This document shows positions 51,545-64,000 of a stretch of 64,000 bases of DNA, piece after piece (positions within the stretch are counted from its first letter, which is position 1; each line of letters starts with the position of its first letter). The notes beneath the pieces were generated by a model. It was not told the origin of the DNA and made no database searches. It was given only the letters and a program-made list of their open reading frames with translations. A program made the position numbers and the translations under genes. Source of the stretch: Styela clava (Eukaryota); contig NC_135260.1 of the NCBI RefSeq assembly GCF_964204865.1, positions 20,336,001 through 20,400,000 of the forward strand, written 5' to 3'.

Positions 51545-52665
51545 ATGTTATCACATTTACAGAGGACATCGAAACAAATGTACTATCGTACTATCCTCGG
51601 AAACAACTGAGGTGATGTAAAACGCACGTGGAAAACCGTCAACGGCATTATTATGATCAAGTCCAGAGATGAAACATACATTTCAGAATTGAAACCTCAG
51701 TGACTGACCCATTCGTGATCGACAGCGAATTTAATAAATTCTTTTCGACAATAAGAAAGAATCTTGCAGATAAAATCCCACATAGCTCAAAATCCTGCAC
51801 CAACTTCTTGGGTGCTCCATTGCAAAACCACTTTTTCTCGATTTCCCTTTTTCCACGGAAATTATGCAAATAATTTTGAATCTGGAAAAAGGGAAGCGGT
51901 TGGGCCTGATGGTATTTCATCGTTTTTTCTGAGAACTGCTGCTGATATAGTATCACCAGCACTAAGAAATTTTTTCAATCATCATTTATATTAGGTATAT
52001 TCTGTGCTTCTTTTTTAAAGATCGCTAGAGTGGTACCAATAAATATTTCAAAATTGTAAAAAAAAGATCGCTCAAATTACAGGCCAATTTTCATCCTACC
52101 ATCCATTGGTATCATTTTAGAAAAACTATTACATAAGAAATATCTTAATTTTTGTACAAATTGGATTTTAAACTAATTCAACCAGCCATGCTATTCTTGA
52201 TTTAACTTCGTTTATTTATGATAAACTGAACAATGAAGAGTTTTTCTGCTGTATTTTTCTTGATTAAAAAAAAACTTTGAAACTGTCTATCATAGTTTTC
52301 TTTCCCATGAGCTTAGTTAGACAATATGGTTACCGAGGTGCTGCAGGCAACCTATTATGTGACTATTTGTCCGGTCGTTTTCAATTTGTATAGGTGAATT
52401 CTCACATAATGTCACCGTCCCTCATTCATTGCGGAATTTCTCAAGGATATGCATTAGGACCACTTGGATTCTTGATAACAATTAACAATTTGTCTAACAG
52501 CTCAAATGCTCTTTGCCGACAATGCATGCCTGTTCGACAGTGCGAAAGAATCAATCTCAGTCCAAGACAAGGTGAACACCGAAATAGATAGGGTGTATGA
52601 TTGGATGACATGTAACAAATTCACATTGAATGTTGTTGATAAATCGAAAGTGATGATATTTTGCT
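51545..52665 (+). mobile_element. Degenerate LINE reverse transcriptase (CR1/L2-like)
   Basis: Frameshifted motifs KRTWKTVNGII, AVGPDGI, KIARVVPI, NYRPI.ILP, HAILDL...CCIFLD and GISQGYALGPLGFLITINNL. Confidence 0.85.
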
Positions 52666-55316
52666 AAGGATACTAATTTTGTTCGCCTTCTTTACATCAA
52701 GTTGTGTACATGGACGGAAGCCTATGTGCAGGGGGGTATATTCACTTGGCTAACATAAACAGTCCCCGAACTCGTAATAGAACTTTAAAATAAGGATTTT
52801 TTTTTATAACGAATTTGGTTTTTGAACAAAAATTTTTTTAGTTATATGTTCGACTTCTTTCTATTCAACCTGTATCAAAGTTGGACATTATCACATGTGT
52901 GACTGCTCGATAACCAACATTGTTTTTTTTCGCGTCTCCCCCACGTATACCAATTATCTCACGTGTCCGACGTATCCCACTTGCCCTACGTGCCCCACTT
53001 AATCTACACCTGTCTTTAATACTTCGTTTTTCCTTATTCGAAATATATATCGAAAAAGTATTCAGCTGCATAAGATTATATAAATTTTGATGGACTATAT
53101 GCACGAATTAGATGGGGCAATTTTAAAGATGTGGAAATTGGTGTTAAGGTGAACTATACCCGATCCAACTGAGTATTGTAATTACTATTTATAACAGATA
53201 TTTTTCTATAAAAAAAATTTGAATGGGGATACTTGCATTTTACAGCTATTCTGGCTATTGAATTAAAAAATTATCCGTGTCCGAGTACATGATGATATGG
53301 ACAAGATGATTTTGGTAAATAAACACTTAATGCAATTTCAACGACGACCAATATAGAGATATGAGTATAATGTCGATTGAATCGAAAGTTCACTTATGAA
53401 TGAGGCATTAGGCATAGGAAGAAAAAGCACATGTTGAATGAATTGTACGTGGCAAAAAAGTGATAAAATTATCAAATATACTTACTTACTCATTACAGTT
53501 TTATTTATTACACAGATCAAACACCGCAATTCCTTGATCATGTGCGCAAGCGCCTGCAGAAAATACCATAATTTGTTCTATAAAAGCGTTGAGGTGCAAC
53601 TTTGCATACGTACTAGGTTGCAAACCAATTTACGGTACAATTGATTCAAGTACTTTAAAGTTTAAACTGTTAGCATTGATTCTAATGACACGTCATTTCT
53701 GCATTTGGATCACAAATATATACCAATTTTTATGTTCTAGCTAGAATACCTACGTGTTCGTCAGGCTAAAATAATGACCACTGTAAACAATCCAGATGAT
53801 ATTTATATCTAATCGGATCGGTACCGGTATAGGCGATAGAAGCGGTATATATATCTCTAATGACCGATACCGGTTCGCGGACCAGCGATTGGGAACCACT
53901 GACTTATACAGACAGTTTGCGAAGTAGGGCGGTAGCTAGAGAGTGGGTGTTGTAACAGGGGTAAGGGCGGAGTATACAAAACTGTTTGAAGGCCCTACAT
54001 GTTTTATGGGTGTATAAATAGAGAACACACAACACACTCAGTATATATACATAAAAATAAAACTTGATACCATATAAAAAGGTTGAGTTGAAATAGTAAA
54101 TGTGCGTTTTCTTATGCAGTATTATAGGGAATAGTAGGGCGATAGTGTTCTTATTAAAAGTAGATTATAGTTATTCAAGCAAAATGTGAATCATATAAGT
54201 TTTGGTAAAACTTCAGTGATATTTATCAAATTCTTAGGTGTTCTTGATCATTGTGAAAAAGGCAGCCAAAAGTGATAAGAAAAAACTCAGTAATAGGCAT
54301 TTCAACAAAACTTATCATGTTCGCATTTTGATTAGAGGAGAAGAGAGGAATAAAAGTATAATTGAATGGAGGGTCATAAATTATAAAAAAGGGTAATGTT
54401 ATCATGTCGTGAATTGTCCAAATTGAATAGCCGTAAAACAAATAATAGAATAATTTATTCTTCTGGCATAAAAGAAGGAATATATTCGATTCAGTGCAAG
54501 GAAATATTGAAGAAAAGAAAATGTCTAGCATGCTACTGTAACAAAAACATTGTCCCTATTGTTAGCTGCATTTGAATCTGATTCACAATCTTTTAACCTA
54601 AATTTCTGTTTTCTCTAAATTGCCGATGAACTCAAATTACCGTATGCGGTCGTATCGTCACCATCCAGTCATCTACCGAAAACTTTTGATGCATTTATTT
54701 TGTTATTATTATCATCATTTATATATATATTATGTGTTTTCTTGTTTGACACAACAATAAATTTTCTTTCTCTCTTTCTTTCGTGTTGTAGTTTTTTGAC
54801 AGTTGTTCCACATTCAAACAATTTATTGTTGTCCCATTCGGTATTGAATTCGTCTTGAAAAATAATATTCGAAGCAAACATGAATAATGTTCAAAACAGA
54901 GAATTTGATTGCTTACGCTTACGCTCCAAGTTTGATTATTTGATACCATTGGGTGGGGAATTCCTGCTTTTGCTCATATAATGAAATGAATTCTTGCTAG
55001 ATAATTTTACTAACGAAATGTTCAAAAAAAATTCTTTATTTCTACTGTTTGAACTTGAATTCGCTCACGTAAGACGGAACTTGCTTATTGTAGCAAGGTA
55101 ACACCATGGTACATGGTTAAGGTAAATAGTCATCGCGTAGTAACCTATACTCTTCAAATAAGTCATCATCATTTTCTCGACATCCTCTGTCGAAAACTTT
55201 TCTAATGAAACGGATGCAAACACTTTGAAATTTTTAACAATGGATGTTTGGCGATGAACGTGAGTTGCAGTAAAATATCGATGATGACTTTCTATTAGGG
55301 GTGGTATAGAATAGAT

Positions 55317-55987
55317 GAGGGCTTCCCAAACTAGGGGCCGCGAAACGAATTTTAGGGGCCGCGAAGAGAACACCAAATTTGAACGAAGTACTATATTTAT
55401 TGTACTTTTTCAGTCTCTTGATTCGAAACACAATTATTAAAAATTGTGTAAAACAAAAATTTTACGATTCCGAGTTAATACATCTTCATACCGTGTTTCC
55501 CCGAAAATAAGACAGTGTCTTCGATTTTCTTTCGAAAATAACACTAGATCTTATTTGTGGGGGATGAAGAGAATAACAAGATTTTTTAATATACAAAGAA
55601 TGAATACCGATTTCCATTTACCTGTTTAATAGAATGTTTTCATTTAAAATAACTGCTAGATATAGATTATTAAAGTAGAAAAGATTTCTCGCTATCGACT
55701 AGGACTCAGTGGTTCTCGAACTTCATTGTATTGTGACGCCCTCCAAAAATATGCTCAAGTTGAGACTTCCCGTGAAAATACGTATGAGATACCTTTCAAT
55801 AAAAGACCTTTATTGCAATGAGTTTTATATAAACGAGCAAACAAAACCTAACGACATTCAGTGAAATCACAAAATCATATCAAAAATGCATATTTTGAAC
55901 TGTTTAGCATTATTAACTTAATCAAGGGCCGCGAAAAATTTTAATATATCAAAAGGGGCCGCGAGCTCAAAAGTTTGGGAAGCCCTG
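55317..55987. mobile_element. hAT-type MITE with internal fragments of other repeats
   Basis: AGGGCTTCCCAAACT/AGTTTGGGAAGCCCTG termini with subterminal GGGGCCGCG motifs. Confidence 0.7.
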
Positions 55988-57991
55988 CTATACAGAACCA
56001 AGAATTCCATTGGCCTACACAGTATTTGCAGTATATATTTAAAATCGGCTTCATTTATATATTAATTATGATAATCTCTCAATAAATCCTAATTGGATAC
56101 CAACATGTGGTTCAAATTTTCATCAACCAAAGACGGAAGAAGTTGTCACAAGTTTATTGCATTCAATTATTTACTTCATACTACCTGCTTTTGTTAAATT
56201 GCCTTCAAAGTACTGCCCGGATTGTAAATCGCGTTTTTCTGTGTTTGTTTTATTATTTTTTTGGTGGGCGGGCACGTACATTGTACGCTTTTTAACTTTA
56301 TTTTGAGTTTAGCCCGTCTCCTCCCAGATATCTCTGCATTTTGTTTTGTCCGTTTAGTTTTTGTATTGTTTATGTCCGAGAACCAAAATAAATGATTGAT
56401 TGATTGTTTGCTACATTTAAATTGTACCGAATTGCTGTTTTTTTTTTGTCTAATTAAGCATGATAATAAAATTAGAATATTAATACAGTATCCCCTATCT
56501 CCTTTTCGAGCTCGAGAAGATCCAAATGAACCCATTCGCTTCGAACGGGGTCAACGATCTTTCAAAGGTTGTCCACACGGTTACGAAACATACGCAAGAA
56601 ACCTAGCGAGAACCAGTTTCACGCCGTTGTTGCTGGTATATCTGCTGTATGATTGGTTCATTTCAAAAGTATGCGCGGGTTGTTATGTATTTCAGTGTCT
56701 CGGTTTCAGAGAAGTTCAAATTCATCAGGTTACATCAGAATTATTTAGATAAATTGTAAATTAGCAACGAATTATTAATAATTAAATGTTTGAATTAACG
56801 TTATAAATATTATGGTGAAGATGAAAGCCACCCAAATATACCCTCACCAAATCTTTCATCATGAAGCTCTGTTGTAACATAACGTAACATTGGCTCACTC
56901 GACTGTGCCTCCCGTCTGGTTGGTCGATTCCGAGGGAGTTGGCTCTTGACTCGAGGTCGAGTTTTCCAGAGTTGTTTACATTCGTATGCTGGCTTGCGTG
57001 TTTTAACTTCTGAGTTTGTTAGAGTGAATAGCCTAGGCCCTAGATCATTATTCTGGCAACTCTATTTAGTATATAAAAAAATAAACTTGACTATACTAAG
57101 CGACATGTTCGTTTTTTACGGACTGATAAGATAGGATAACTGTATACTGGTATGAGTCTATAACTATACCGGTAAACTTCATTTACTGGTTTGAAATTTT
57201 TGTGATTTATTAGACTATAGCCTAGTTACCGTATTTATTTCATTCCAATATTGCTGTATTACAAGGAAGCAAGAAGAGAGAAATATTATTGTGTTTTTAC
57301 TCACCTATAAGTTATAACTTATTTACTTATGTATAAAATTTGATTACAAAAAAACTCGGTTACCGGTAGGGTGGTGCGGCCAGTCTGCGGACGATTTCAT
57401 TCAAACCATTATAAAATAAAAACTAATATTTCTAACCCGTTAATTTTTTCACCTTAGCTGCATTGGCGTTTATTGTAGACGCTAAACCTCGAATTAACTT
57501 TCTACAACCAGGGGTTAAAGCTATACAAACCACCAAAGTACGACACTCGGAAGACGTATTTGCGACCAAACAACCAGTGTGCGACCGCGGATTTCAAGCC
57601 TTGAACATCGCTTATGCTGCGTTGAGACTAGAACATACGCAGCCATGCGTGGAAAAATTGGGCTTTTTATTGCATTTCTGACCGTCATAGCCTATATTTT
57701 AAGAACACGATTATTTCAAACATACCTCGTCAAATTATAAACAAAGCATCGCATCACAGCAATCAAACAGACAAAAACACGGTGATTGCAAATTGGTCGA
57801 CAAAGATATTATCAACGTATTGGAAATGCGCACCCCCCTATTCCCCCTCTTTTAAATGTTAAAATGCGAAACTTTAAAGATGGTTAAAAGAAACACAACT
57901 TTACCCACCTGCCAGGGACTCTGCTCAAATATCAGAATATACTGATATAGCCTACTAAGAAATTGTGATATGTTAAAATCATTCCTTTTCA

Positions 57992-58120
57992 TAGGATAGG
58001 ATTTACATATTTCTTCTGGAAGAGAGGAAAGAAATGCGATAAAACAGCTTAACCAAATAGCATACCACAGCCTTCCTCCGGTTACCAGTTCATGCCGGAT
58101 ATTGGATTAGTCAGCCAGTT
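57992..58120 (-). mobile_element. Diverged SINE 3' fragment
   Basis: ATAGGATAGGATTTACATATTT...CCGGTTACC is the reverse complement of the SINE tail. Confidence 0.65.
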
Positions 58121-58672
58121 ACTGTGGTAGCAAACGTAGTTGGGAATTTGAAAAACTTTGCCTTGCTTATTCTTTTTATGTTAACGAAATTAAATTTTTT
58201 TCATTTATTGGTATCAATTTCCATATTAATAGCTGTATTCATTAGGATATATTACTGTTGATAATTGGAAACTGGATTTAACTTTAAGAAGACCAGAAGA
58301 CTTCTTGCAGTCTGATAACAGTTGGATATAAATTTTGGATTTAGGATCGAATGAAACCAATATTTTACTTTCGTTTCTTTGTCAACTTTTTCACTGTACA
58401 TCATGAACTTTCCATCGGAGTTACTAGAGTTTAAGAACCTTCAAGACAATGCGTTGCTTGTGAAATATATTTTATCAAGAGCTGCTATTGTTGGAAGTGT
58501 GTACGCATTTTCAGGCGACGTGGTTGTGCCCTAGCGCGTTTCACTAGCCAAAAGACTTGAAAGACAATCAATTAATAAACTATAATTGTGACCTCAATAC
58601 ATTTGTCTATATCGATATCACTATTCTTTTTATCTTGGATAATAAGCAAAAACATCAGAAAACGCTACAATC

Positions 58673-60646
58673 ATGGATAGCATACTGGTGGGTTGGTTTA
58701 AGTTGCATTTGTTATACTAATAACCAATTGTTATAGAAATATTTTGGTTTGATAAATTCAATTTCATTAAGCATGTAATATAGAATATATCCAGATTCTA
58801 GAAAATATTTTTCAGTTATCTTTATTTATATATATCAGTAATATATATTATATTTCATTCTCTTTCAGGCAAGTCCACTCGTCAAGTCTTTTCTTGCGGG
58901 CAGCCTCAGTGGAACATGTTCCACATTGTTGTTTCAACCCCTGGATCTTGTGAAGACAAGACTGCAATCTGCCGCTGTTGCATCCAGCTTGGCTGGATCT
59001 CAGAAACTCGGCATGATGCAAACGATGAATTGCATCGTTAGAAATGATAGAGTTATTGGTTTATGGAAGGGATTCCAGCCAGTGAGTATAGCGATATAGG
59101 GCTGGCTGTTGTAAATTTTTTCTGCATTTCGATAAATTAAAAAACTTTTTTTTTTCAGTCAATCTATCGATGTGTACCAGGTGTGGGGATGTATTTCAGT
59201 TCTCTACATGCTCTCAAAAGTCACTTTTTTAGGTAACAGTCTTTAATTACTTGAGAAAATTAATACTTGGACCCAGAGTGCTGGCTGAATACTAGTATTT
59301 CAACAGTCATTTTATATATTTAATGAATTTTGAACTGATATTTAACTGAATTGTAAATTTAATTTGTTACAGAGATGCAAGCCCAACTGCGTACCAGTCA
59401 TTGCTACTAGGTGCAACTGCTCGCACCATAACAGCTACAATACTTATACCATTCACAGTGGTAAAAACACGCATTGAGGTAGGTTGCCATATTTAATTTA
59501 TTTACCTGGTTATAATGTTGTCGCTGATTGTTTCATTAATTTTCAGAGCGGAAATTTTAAATATACAGGCGTTGGGAATGCTCTGCATAGCATCTACACA
59601 CTCGAAGGTCGCCACGGATTAGTTTCGGGGTTATCTGCAACTCTTATAAGAGATGCACCATTCTCCGGCTTGTATCTTATGTTCTACAACAAAGGAAAGT
59701 CAATAATGACTGAAAATGGTAATTATTCAAATTATTCATAATGTAATCAATAATGTATATTCTGTTGTCCGGGCTTGGTAATACTTAAATACATTGAGAG
59801 ACTGAATAATCATTTAATCAATAGTTGTCATTACTTGTCTGTGCCAGTGATTAAATCAATATATTTGGTATGTGTTAACAGGAAATGGCAGCTGCACGAT
59901 GCATTTTATCTGCGGCATAGGTGCAGGAGTCTGTGCGTCTGTACTGACTCAGCCTGCTGATGTAATAAAAACTCAGATGCAAGTTAGTGAAAACAAAAAT
60001 TCACTCAAAAGAACTGTAATAAAAGTATACAATGTAAGTTTGGCATTGAAATATATTTCCGTTATATTGCAGTTTGTGTCTCTGCAATATTATGTATACA
60101 TTCTTTTTATTGCTTTCAATCTGCATTTTGGTTCAAAGAAATTTGATCCACTCTTCTAGTTTTTTTACATGTGGAATCAACTCTGTGAAAGATTCAGAAA
60201 ATGATAAGTTCAGTTTGCATACACCACAAATTAACACAAAAATACGCAAGAACCTCATATAACAATGTCCTTGTCTGTACATTTATTGCCATTTGTTTCA
60301 AACTAGTTTACAAAGAAAATTTCTTTGGAAATAATAAATTAAAGTATTAAACTCAATTTTTTGCAATCATATAAGTAGATATTTGTTAATTTACCAAAGT
60401 AAATAATAAGAACGATTTCATTCCAAAAATATCAATCTCTGTTCTTATCTTAGGTTGAAGGTTTGAGAGGATTTTTCCGCGGACTCACACCGAGGGTGCT
60501 GAGGAGGACGCTGATAGCAGCAATGGCATGGACTGTTTATGAAGAGGTTTGTTTTTAGTCTTTTCCTTAGAGTAATCATTTTACTCAATGATATGGTAAT
60601 ATGTCTTTTATTTCAGATCATGAGATGCCTACATTTGAAGACCTGA
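58673..60646 (+). CDS. SLC25A38: Mitochondrial glycine transporter, 284 aa; exons 58673-58687, 58869-59081, 59159-59232, 59373-59478, 59547-59718, 59882-60033, 60454-60546, 60617-60646
   Basis: Three carrier repeats ([43 protein letters not shown]) plus [13 protein letters not shown] and [18 protein letters not shown]. All introns are GT-AG and phases are consistent (855 nt). Confidence 0.93.
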
Positions 60647-62181
60647 TGGGTTTTGGGATTTGTGTATGCTACGTTATTTTGTATATATATTTTTTTTATT
60701 ATATTTGCATTTTCATTTGCTCTTACTTTTTGGGTGAAATGGTATTAACTTGTTTCTTTTATATTTTGCATTTGATTTACACTTACGTTTCCTACAAGTT
60801 TATATATGATTCCCAAATATTTTTAGTGCAATAGCGCAGGGATTGGTTTTGAGTTTGTAATCTCTTTGTGTGAGAAGTTGAAGAAAAGTTTAATGGTCAA
60901 CTTGAGCCTTTTTGTTTGTGTTTATGCATAGTACCCATGAGAAGCTGAATTGGTTGCTTATCCATAATTTTGTTTCTTTAAAGTCTGGCATTCTTAGTTC
61001 CTTTCTACATGTATGTTTTTTGGTAGAGAGCACAAATTGATGGGGCTGACTCTCCTTTTTTCTTTCTGTATCACATTTGCAAAGGAAGGACATAATACTA
61101 CTTTTATAAAAACGGATGCTGTTAATTTTGTTCTTGTTTGTTATCTCTGATCTTTTTATTACATAATTTGCAAAGCTGTTAATTTAATAGATAAGTAACA
61201 TATTAAACACTCAGACCCGCTTCTGGATTTGGATTAATCAGTTCAAACCAATTATCTCATCTAGATTTTCAAATCCCGTTTAACTGCTAGTTTATTATTA
61301 TTATTGTTCATTATATGTACTTGAAGATGTACTGATATCTGCAACATGCAGATATTTCGATACATCAATATGTGTTAATAATGTATGCACATACGGACTT
61401 CCTATCTCTTTGACCTCAATTTTCTCCAAATTAAAGTAGGGTCAAAATTTTCATATCTCAAAATATTTCCAAAAAAGTACTGGTGCTCTGATTTGACTTT
61501 CTGATAACATATCAAGATTTGTATATATTTAGAGATGTTTTGATGACAATATCATCAAGATTTCCATATATAGATGTGTTTCAGTACATCTATGAATGTG
61601 GAACTCTGAGTGGTGTGTGCGCCATGACTCTACAGCCTGCCACAGTGGCAACATTGCCTAAAAAGCTTGGTTTTCTTTTATATTCTTCCCAGCGTGGTAT
61701 TTTTTTAGATAGCTCTTTACAATGTAGCCTAATCAATTAAGTCATTGACTTGTGTTAACCGAAAACTAGTAAACTGTTTGTTCAAATATAGATTTGACTC
61801 AGTGTTTTTGCTGAATTCCTTTACAAAACTGCTCTGAAATACCATATTTTGTTGCTGGAACTTTTTCGGTCACTTAGTTTCTGCAAGTTCACCAAAATCA
61901 TCCTTTGCATCCTTTCCAAAAAAAATTAAAATATTAATGTATTACTAATAGAGAGAGAGTAAGCAACTATAATGACATGCTAAGATCTATATGTGGATGC
62001 ACTGCTTTGGTGATATCTTTTGATTACTTCATTATTGTTATTCATTTTTGCCTTCGTGCCCATTTGCTCTATTTGAAGCAAAGGAAAGATTTCTTGTAAA
62101 ACTTGTATTGTTTGAAATACTCTTGATGATGGGACTTAGGATGTTTGTTTTTCACTTTCTTTTAATCTCATTAGTTAGAAC

Positions 62182-62303
62182 CAGTGGTGGGATTCAGTGG
62201 ATTCGCACTGGTTACTGTCAATGTTCTGTTTGTAACGGAACCGGCTGAAAAATATAACTTTTGTAAAGAAACTGACTGACAAAAAATTTGAATCCCACCA
62301 CTG
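62182..62303. mobile_element. Short hAT MITE related to 13423-13907
   Basis: TIR CAGTGGTGGGATTCA/TGAATCCCACCACTG with GTTAGA on both flanks. Confidence 0.8.
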
Positions 62304-63936
62304 GTTAGATAGAACGTAGGTGAGGCAGACATAGAGCAGTGAGATTTAACATTGTTTGTGTATAAAAAAATATTCCTCAAAAGATATCGCCAAGCTGATT
62401 GTAGTTGGAGTCACCTAATGACGAATTGCCAAGTTGTATGCATGAAGAGGCGGGGCAGACCTGCTTCACTCAACAAATAACAGGCCAAATTAACGTCCAA
62501 ATACTATCAATCAATAAATATACCGGAAATTATATTTAAAATGAATTAAGGCAGTGTGATACTGAGGTAGAAAATAGGTTATGGGAATATATATTATAAG
62601 TTAATAAAGGTTCAAGTAAGGTTTTTTGTAGTCGATCGCTGGGGTCAGTTCAAATTTATCATGTATGATCCTTCGGTCTACAAGTCTTGTTGATGTAAAC
62701 ATCTTTTATGTTGAATTGGTTAGCTGTTGAATTGATGATCACGACATCCTGAAAAACAAAAATAAATCTGCGAGTAGAATATTCAATGATTGCATATTAG
62801 GAAACGACAAAGGGCTACCCTACACTTTTGAGAAAAATTCATTAACTTGAGTAAATATTAATTATTATATCTATCACTAGCCTGCTAGTTGTAAGATCTG
62901 AGGAAGAGGAAATTGTGGTTGGCACACAGAGGGAATTGTTCACAAACCCTGCAAAAGCTCTCACTGTTGGTCAAACCACACTAATCATTCACATGTTGGG
63001 CATTATCTATAAAGCAAAACCTTGACCGAAGATGAAAATTTCCGTATACACACAGGACACAGAATAGAATAGCACAGCAAATTAAAACGAAGTAGAGAAT
63101 CCAATATAGCTCAACTGGTCGCCTAATTACAATAATAGATATAGGAGCTACTTTATCCCAATTATAAGTCTATAACCATCATATAGAATTACACCACTCA
63201 AATAGAGAACAAATATCATGTATGTGTTATATCAAAAACCCAACATTGAAAAAAAAAAAAACATGCAGATGTCAGAATGTGAACAGCAATTTCAGGAAAA
63301 TCTTTATGCTACGTATGTTGTAGAACCCGATAACTTAACTGCTTGTTCAACCGTAATTATCAGTTTCTTCTGGGACAATAGCAATATAATGGCTGTTCAA
63401 TATTCTCATGAAAAAAAGTTTGTGCAAATGAGGAACTTTGAAGTGAACTTTCTGTCATGGTGTTTCTTTTGGGGTTCGATACGAAAAAGTATATTATATC
63501 AGTGTGGTATAAGAATATATATATATATTAGAATAAAGAACATGATTATCAATTAGCATAGCCGGCCAATGATCTTATTTAGTAATGGTTCTCTCCAAAC
63601 ATCCTTGAAATAGTTCACTCTGAACGAAGCTTAAAATTAAATTTCAGTCAGAATTAAATATTCTTGGTGCACATACTTTCGGAGCACCGACTTTTTATCA
63701 GCGCCAGCCTACATATCAGACCAAGCATAAAATGCGAATGTCGTCTCGCTTTAACTCCGTCAATTACGTCTATAAAATTAAAGTTCAAGATAATAATGAA
63801 CATAAAGCCGGGGTTTGTTAATAACGGTTTCAGCCAGAAAGTATTATCTTTTTAATATTTAGGGAAATAATGTTTCACAATAGTAGTCGGTTGATCGATT
63901 ATTTTTATCGAAATTAATTGATTCATGGTATTTTTG

Positions 63937-64000
63937 GGGTGTCTCCAAGATGTCGTGTCCCATTTGCCCCACGTGTCCCACTTTTACCACTTGTACCACG
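63937..64000. mobile_element. Left end of another Mutator-like foldback copy (runs off the window)
   Basis: GGGTGTCTCCAAGATGTCGTGTCCCA... matches the terminus at 30812. Confidence 0.7.

Noticed and set aside
60890-63020. Minus-strand gene downstream of SLC25A38 (possible terminal exon DVVIINSTANQFNIKDVYINKTCRPKDHT near 62660-62750)
   Set aside because: I could not build a consistent spliced frame. Neighbouring segments have stops in all frames tried.

Overview
AT-rich invertebrate animal genomic DNA with short GT-AG introns and a dense load of MITEs. An ascidian-like origin is plausible but is inference only. Four conserved housekeeping genes are recognisable: intronless CLP1 (5873-7171, +), intronless UBAC1/KPC2 (8438-9592, +), a 4-coding-exon TM6SF/EXPERA gene (47249-45219, -) and an 8-exon SLC25A38 mitochondrial glycine carrier (58673-60646, +). 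The middle of the window (~13.2-44.5 kb) is a triplicated ~7.5-kb unit. Each copy carries a spliced gene that the ORF track fragments. It encodes a ~250-aa secreted protein that I cannot assign to a family: signal peptide, 10-Cys domain, Thr/Ser/Lys-rich linker, and a Cys-flanked amphipathic cationic C-terminal helix. Copy 2 has a 1-nt frameshift. The copies have been independently enlarged by hAT, pogo-like, Mutator-like and AT-target elements, some nested several deep. A tRNA-derived SINE, LINE remnants and tandem repeats fill much of the rest. All coordinates were read by eye; no searches were run.
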